DNA from: an uncultured delta proteobacterium | GTDB lineage: Bacteria; Desulfobacterota; Binatia; UBA9968 | Length of the DNA: 64,000 bases | Assembly (NCBI GenBank): GCA_963804165.1 | Contig: CAWDPO010000041.1 | Location: 64,001 to 128,000, forward strand | Direction of reading: 5' to 3' | In this document: piece after piece, positions 60,684-64,000 of the stretch | How the letters are laid out: the number at the start of each line of letters is the position of its first letter | How positions within the stretch are numbered: position 1 is the stretch's first letter | Program-made: the position numbers and the translations under genes | Notes under the pieces: generated by a model | Told to the model about the DNA's origin: nothing | Databases searched by the model: none | Seen by the model: the letters and a program-made list of their open reading frames with translations, nothing else

Positions 60684-61803
60684 ATGGTTAAGGTGTGCTG
60701 GTCCATCGTTGTTCTCGGGTTTCTTTTTCATCTCGCTCCGGTTTCCGCCGATGCTCAATCCGACTGGAAGCGGCAATGGGAAGGAACCGATTGAAGCGGC
60801 GAAGAAAGAGGGCGAGGTGACGATCTACGGACCGCACAACCCTGCTTATCAGCAGGTCTGGTCGATCTTTCAAAAATCCTACCCTGAGATAAGGTTCAGC
60901 TTCGTTCCCGGTAAAGGCTCGGATCACGCGCAGCGCATCGTCGCCGAGCGCCGTGCGGGAAAATATCTTGCCGATTTGCTGATGGGCGGCTCGTCGAGCT
61001 TCGCGGCGTTCCCGCCGGGCACGTTGGAGCCATTGGAGCCACAGCTCATTTTGCCCGAGGTAACGGATTCGTCCGCGTGGTTTGACGGGAAGTTTTATTT
61101 CTCCGACCCACAGAACAATGCGGCGCTGATCATTTCGGGCGAGATCGGCACGCGTCGCGGCTCGTACAACACCAAGCTCGTCGATCCGAAGGAGATCCAG
61201 TCGTGGTGGGATTTGCTCCAATCGAAATGGAAAGGCAAGCTCGGCAGCTTCGATCCGCGAGTCGCGGGCGGCGGCGGAGAAACCTTCATGTTCTTTTACT
61301 ATACGCCGGCGTTAGGGCCGAAATTCATCACGCGATTTCTCACCGAAACCGATCTTTTGCTGACCCGCGATTTGCAGCAGGGAACGGATTGGCTGGCGCA
61401 AGGAAAAATTCTTTTCTACATCGGCAGCGGCCAGCCGGTGATGAAAGCCAAGAAGCAGGGTTTGCCGGTCGATCTGATGCCGCATGCGTTGAAAGAGGGC
61501 GACATCATGGGCGGCGGCTCTTGCTGCTTGGCGGTGATCAACAAAATGCCGCATCCGAGCGCAACCAAGCTGTTCGTCAACTGGGTTTTGTCACGAGAAG
61601 GGCAGAGCGCTTGGCAAAAGTATACCGAAGTAAACTCGCTGCGCGCCGACATTTCGAAGAGCGATTTACCTCCCGACGATGTGCCACAGAAGGGCGTGCG
61701 CTACTTCATGCTCAATTCTTCGAAGTACAACGATCAGGCCGGGCGAAAAGCGTTGCATCGGATCGTCGAGGACGCGCTGAGTAAAGCAGGAAAGGGAAGG
61801 TGA
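60684..61803 (+). CDS. ABC extracellular solute-binding protein (paralog of 40824-41951), frameshift near 60780
   Basis: Signal peptide MVKVCWSIVVLGFLF...ADA in another frame; AAKKEGEV, SWWDLL..KWKGK, PHPSA.KLFVNW.LSREGQ. Confidence 0.82.
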
Positions 61804-61843
61804 TCCGGTCGTTGAGCGGGCAATGGCGGCAAAAGGAGGAGCA

Positions 61844-62797
61844 ATGCAGTCAGTCGGCTTAATCGGTCTCGGCAACGCGGGCCGCCCGATGGCGGAGCGA
61901 ATTCTCTCAAAGGGATATGCGCTCACTGTCTTCGATATCGACAAGGCGAAAGTCCAAGCTATCGCGCAGCGAGGGGCGCTTGCGGCAAATTCCGCGGAGT
62001 CAGCCGCGCGCGAAACGACGATCACACTCTTGCCATCTTCTGTCGAAGTGCGTCAGGCGGTTTTCGGCGAAGGCGGGGCGCTTGGCAATCTCCAGCCCGG
62101 TACGACGCTCGTCGATCTCAGCGGCACGGACCCCGACTGTGCGCGTGAACTGCAGGATCGGCTGGGTGAACGACAAATTGCTTTCATCGGCGGCACGATT
62201 CACGCCAGCGGTGCGCCGGCCGTTGTGATTCCGCAAGGACGTTTCTCGATCGTCGTCGGCGCCGAAAGAGCGAAACTTGCTTCGACCGTCGGTCTCTTGA
62301 ATGATGTGGCGGACACGGTTGTCTGTTTGCCCGAACCGTGGATGCCCAAGGCATTCAAAATCGCGATTATTTTATACGCCACCACTAACAACATCATCAC
62401 CGCGGAAATCTGCTCGTGGCTGACTGCGCAAGGCGCCGACCCGAAACTGTTCTTGCAGCTTCTTCGCACAACGGGTTCGGAAGCTTCTTCTGCTCGCCTC
62501 GAAGAATTCATGAAGCGCAACAACAACAATGGCGGCGCGCTGAGCAACAGCTACAAGGATTTTCGCCAGGCATTGAGCATCGCGGCGAAGCTTGAAATCC
62601 CAATGCCGCTAGCATCGATGGCCAATCAGATTCAAGAAATGGCGCGCGCCGCTGGTCTGAAGAGACTCAATAGCCCGGCCGCGATGGCGGAATTGTACCA
62701 GATCATTACAGGAACTGACTTGAGCCATGCGACCGTCAACACCGAGGGGCGCATTCCGGCCAGCCGCGAGCCGAGAGTCGTGTATCTCGGCGACTAG
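61844..62797 (+). CDS. NAD(P)-dependent oxidoreductase, beta-hydroxyacid (3-hydroxyisobutyrate) dehydrogenase family
   Basis: GLIGLGNAG.PMA, LLP, VDLS, K...N, YKD; AAGGAGG SD. Confidence 0.85.
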   Translation: MQSVGLIGLGNAGRPMAERILSKGYALTVFDIDKAKVQAIAQRGALAANSAESAARETTITLLPSSVEVRQAVFGEGGALGNLQPGTTLVDLSGTDPDCARELQDRLGERQIAFIGGTIHASGAPAVVIPQGRFSIVVGAERAKLASTVGLLNDVADTVVCLPEPWMPKAFKIAIILYATTNNIITAEICSWLTAQGADPKLFLQLLRTTGSEASSARLEEFMKRNNNNGGALSNSYKDFRQALSIAAKLEIPMPLASMANQIQEMARAAGLKRLNSPAAMAELYQIITGTDLSHATVNTEGRIPASREPRVVYLGD

Positions 62798-62869
62798 CTC
62801 ATCCAATCGATAATTGAACGAGCGGACTCATTTAAAGAAATCGATGACGGGAAAAATTTAGGCCGAGAA

Positions 62870-62937
62870 AAAATATTTTTCAGAAGAAAAAAATAGTCTT
62901 GACATGGCAACTGTGCGGCGTTAGGAGTTATATTAGC
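62870..62937 (+). promoter_or_regulatory. Putative sigma-70 promoter with A-rich upstream element
   Basis: Perfect TTGACA at 62899-62904 preceded by A-tracts; -10 is ambiguous (TAGGAG at 17 nt, TATATT further on). Confidence 0.5.
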
Positions 62938-62939
62938 CT

Positions 62940-63345
62940 CGGATAGTACGGGGTCGAAAGAGCCGGTGCAGCGCGCGCCTGTCGCCAACTCTTTCAGAAT
63001 TAAAGTCGGAGGGTGTTAATGCAGGGAGAAGATAGTCCACCGGGCCAATCATGCCCGCAGTCGGCGGGCGCCAGCAGTTCGAGCAAGCTACCTGTCAGGC
63101 ATCGAGCTGTGTGAATCAAGCCCTCAAATTCTACGCCAAATGGCGTGAACCCGAAACGGGGTAAATCAGAAGGTTGGGCTTCCTCAGAGCAGACTCGTTA
63201 CCAAACTGACGGCAAGTGGAATCGAACGGAGCGCTGAGCGAGTCGTCGGTGTGCGGGCCGTAAGCCGCAAAATTAAATAAAGAATAATGACGCGATGGCG
63301 TCAATAAAACGGGCAGTCGTCCTAGGCGTGCTGCCCGTTTTGTTT
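62940..63345 (+). ncRNA. Putative large structured non-coding RNA, class unassigned
   Basis: No ORF of 60 aa or more on the + strand; at least 8 nested or local helices with G-U pairs valid only in + sense; flanked by promoter and terminator. Confidence 0.5.
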
Positions 63346-63349
63346 TATT
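63303..63349. terminator. Bidirectional intrinsic terminator
   Basis: AATAAAACGGGCAG...CTGCCCGTTTTGTT with T-tracts on both strands. Confidence 0.8.
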
Positions 63350-63446
63350 AACGGTTTACTTCCGCCGGAGCGGCTGGAACTTGCTCGGTTGCAAGGCGTG
63401 AGCGGACAGCGCCTTATTGACGCGCGTTATGGCAGAACGCCTGGAT

Positions 63447-64000
63447 TCAGCCGCGCAGCAATTTACCGTAGCCCTCGATCGGAGCTTTTGTGCCGAGGGC
63501 ATGCATCGCCCACCACAGAGACGCGGCGGTGCTTGATACCACGGGTTTTTGCGTGTCGTCTTCGAGCTCCTGCACGTAAGCGACCGAGCGCCAGCGACCC
63601 TGAATTAAAATACTCTCAACGTCAGGATGCCGGCGAAATAGCTCGCGCGCGACCTTATAAGACGCATAATCCGGCAGCTTAACCTGATCCACGGGTTTAG
63701 AAACTTCCAAGCCTTTGATCGCCAAAACTCTTACGCCGCCGTCCTCGTAGTATTTTTTTACCGCCTGGTTGATGGTTTCCTTATACGCAGTCGCGATGAC
63801 CGTGCTGCGGACGCGTAAATGCTTCAGCGCTTCGACTGTGGCACTCATCGCGGTACTGACCGGTAGCCCGACTTGCCGCGATAGCTTGGCTACAACCTCC
63901 TGCTCAGCGGCGTAACCGCGCTGGGTGCCCAACGTAATCCCGCCCATGAGAATCGCGTCGCACTCTTCGGCGGCGAAGATACCCAAGCCGGCTCCCAAAG
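63447..64000 (-). CDS. Maleate isomerase / arylmalonate decarboxylase (Asp/Glu racemase superfamily)-like protein, 5' part outside window
   Basis: LPVST...A.VEAL, ATAY...N, LE....KPVVSS..A.LW, I.GYG.LL. Confidence 0.8.
   Translation of the reverse strand, partial: LGAGLGIFAAEECDAILMGGITLGTQRGYAAEQEVVAKLSRQVGLPVSTAMSATVEALKHLRVRSTVIATAYKETINQAVKKYYEDGGVRVLAIKGLEVSKPVDQVKLPDYASYKVARELFRRHPDVESILIQGRWRSVAYVQELEDDTQKPVVSSTAASLWWAMHALGTKAPIEGYGKLLRG

Noticed and set aside
62940-63345. RNase P RNA, tmRNA, SRP, 6S or group II intron identity
   Set aside because: Lacks exact GAGGAAAGUCC and ACAGAA.CCGGCUUA, tRNA-like ends with CCA, the SRP CAGG..GGAA..AGCAG loop, and a proper domain V hairpin; only vague resemblances

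Overview
64-kb bacterial chromosomal segment, moderately GC-rich, metabolically versatile. Many orphan substrate-binding proteins, amidohydrolases and REP-like intergenic repeats suggest a soil Deltaproteobacteria/Binatota-like organism (inference only). Main content: an OadA/PycB-like carboxyltransferase; three tandem paralogous secreted ~720-aa single-CxxCH proteins of unknown function; cysD-cysNC; UPF0182; tex; an HK/RR/adenylate-cyclase operon; a bacterial topoisomerase VI (top6B-top6A) operon; three tandem MFS paralogs; a rhodanese/thiol-dioxygenase pair. One complete IS110-family (IS1111-type) element sits inside a REP-like repeat. Its ends, TCA core, predicted circle-junction promoter and candidate bridge-RNA guide segments are all readable from the sequence. 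A ~400-nt gap with no long ORF at 62.9-63.35 kb has a promoter, nested helices and a terminator, and looks like an unclassified large structured ncRNA. Scattered single-base frameshifts in otherwise intact genes most likely reflect sequencing/assembly error. All calls come from motif recognition by eye; no database searches were run.
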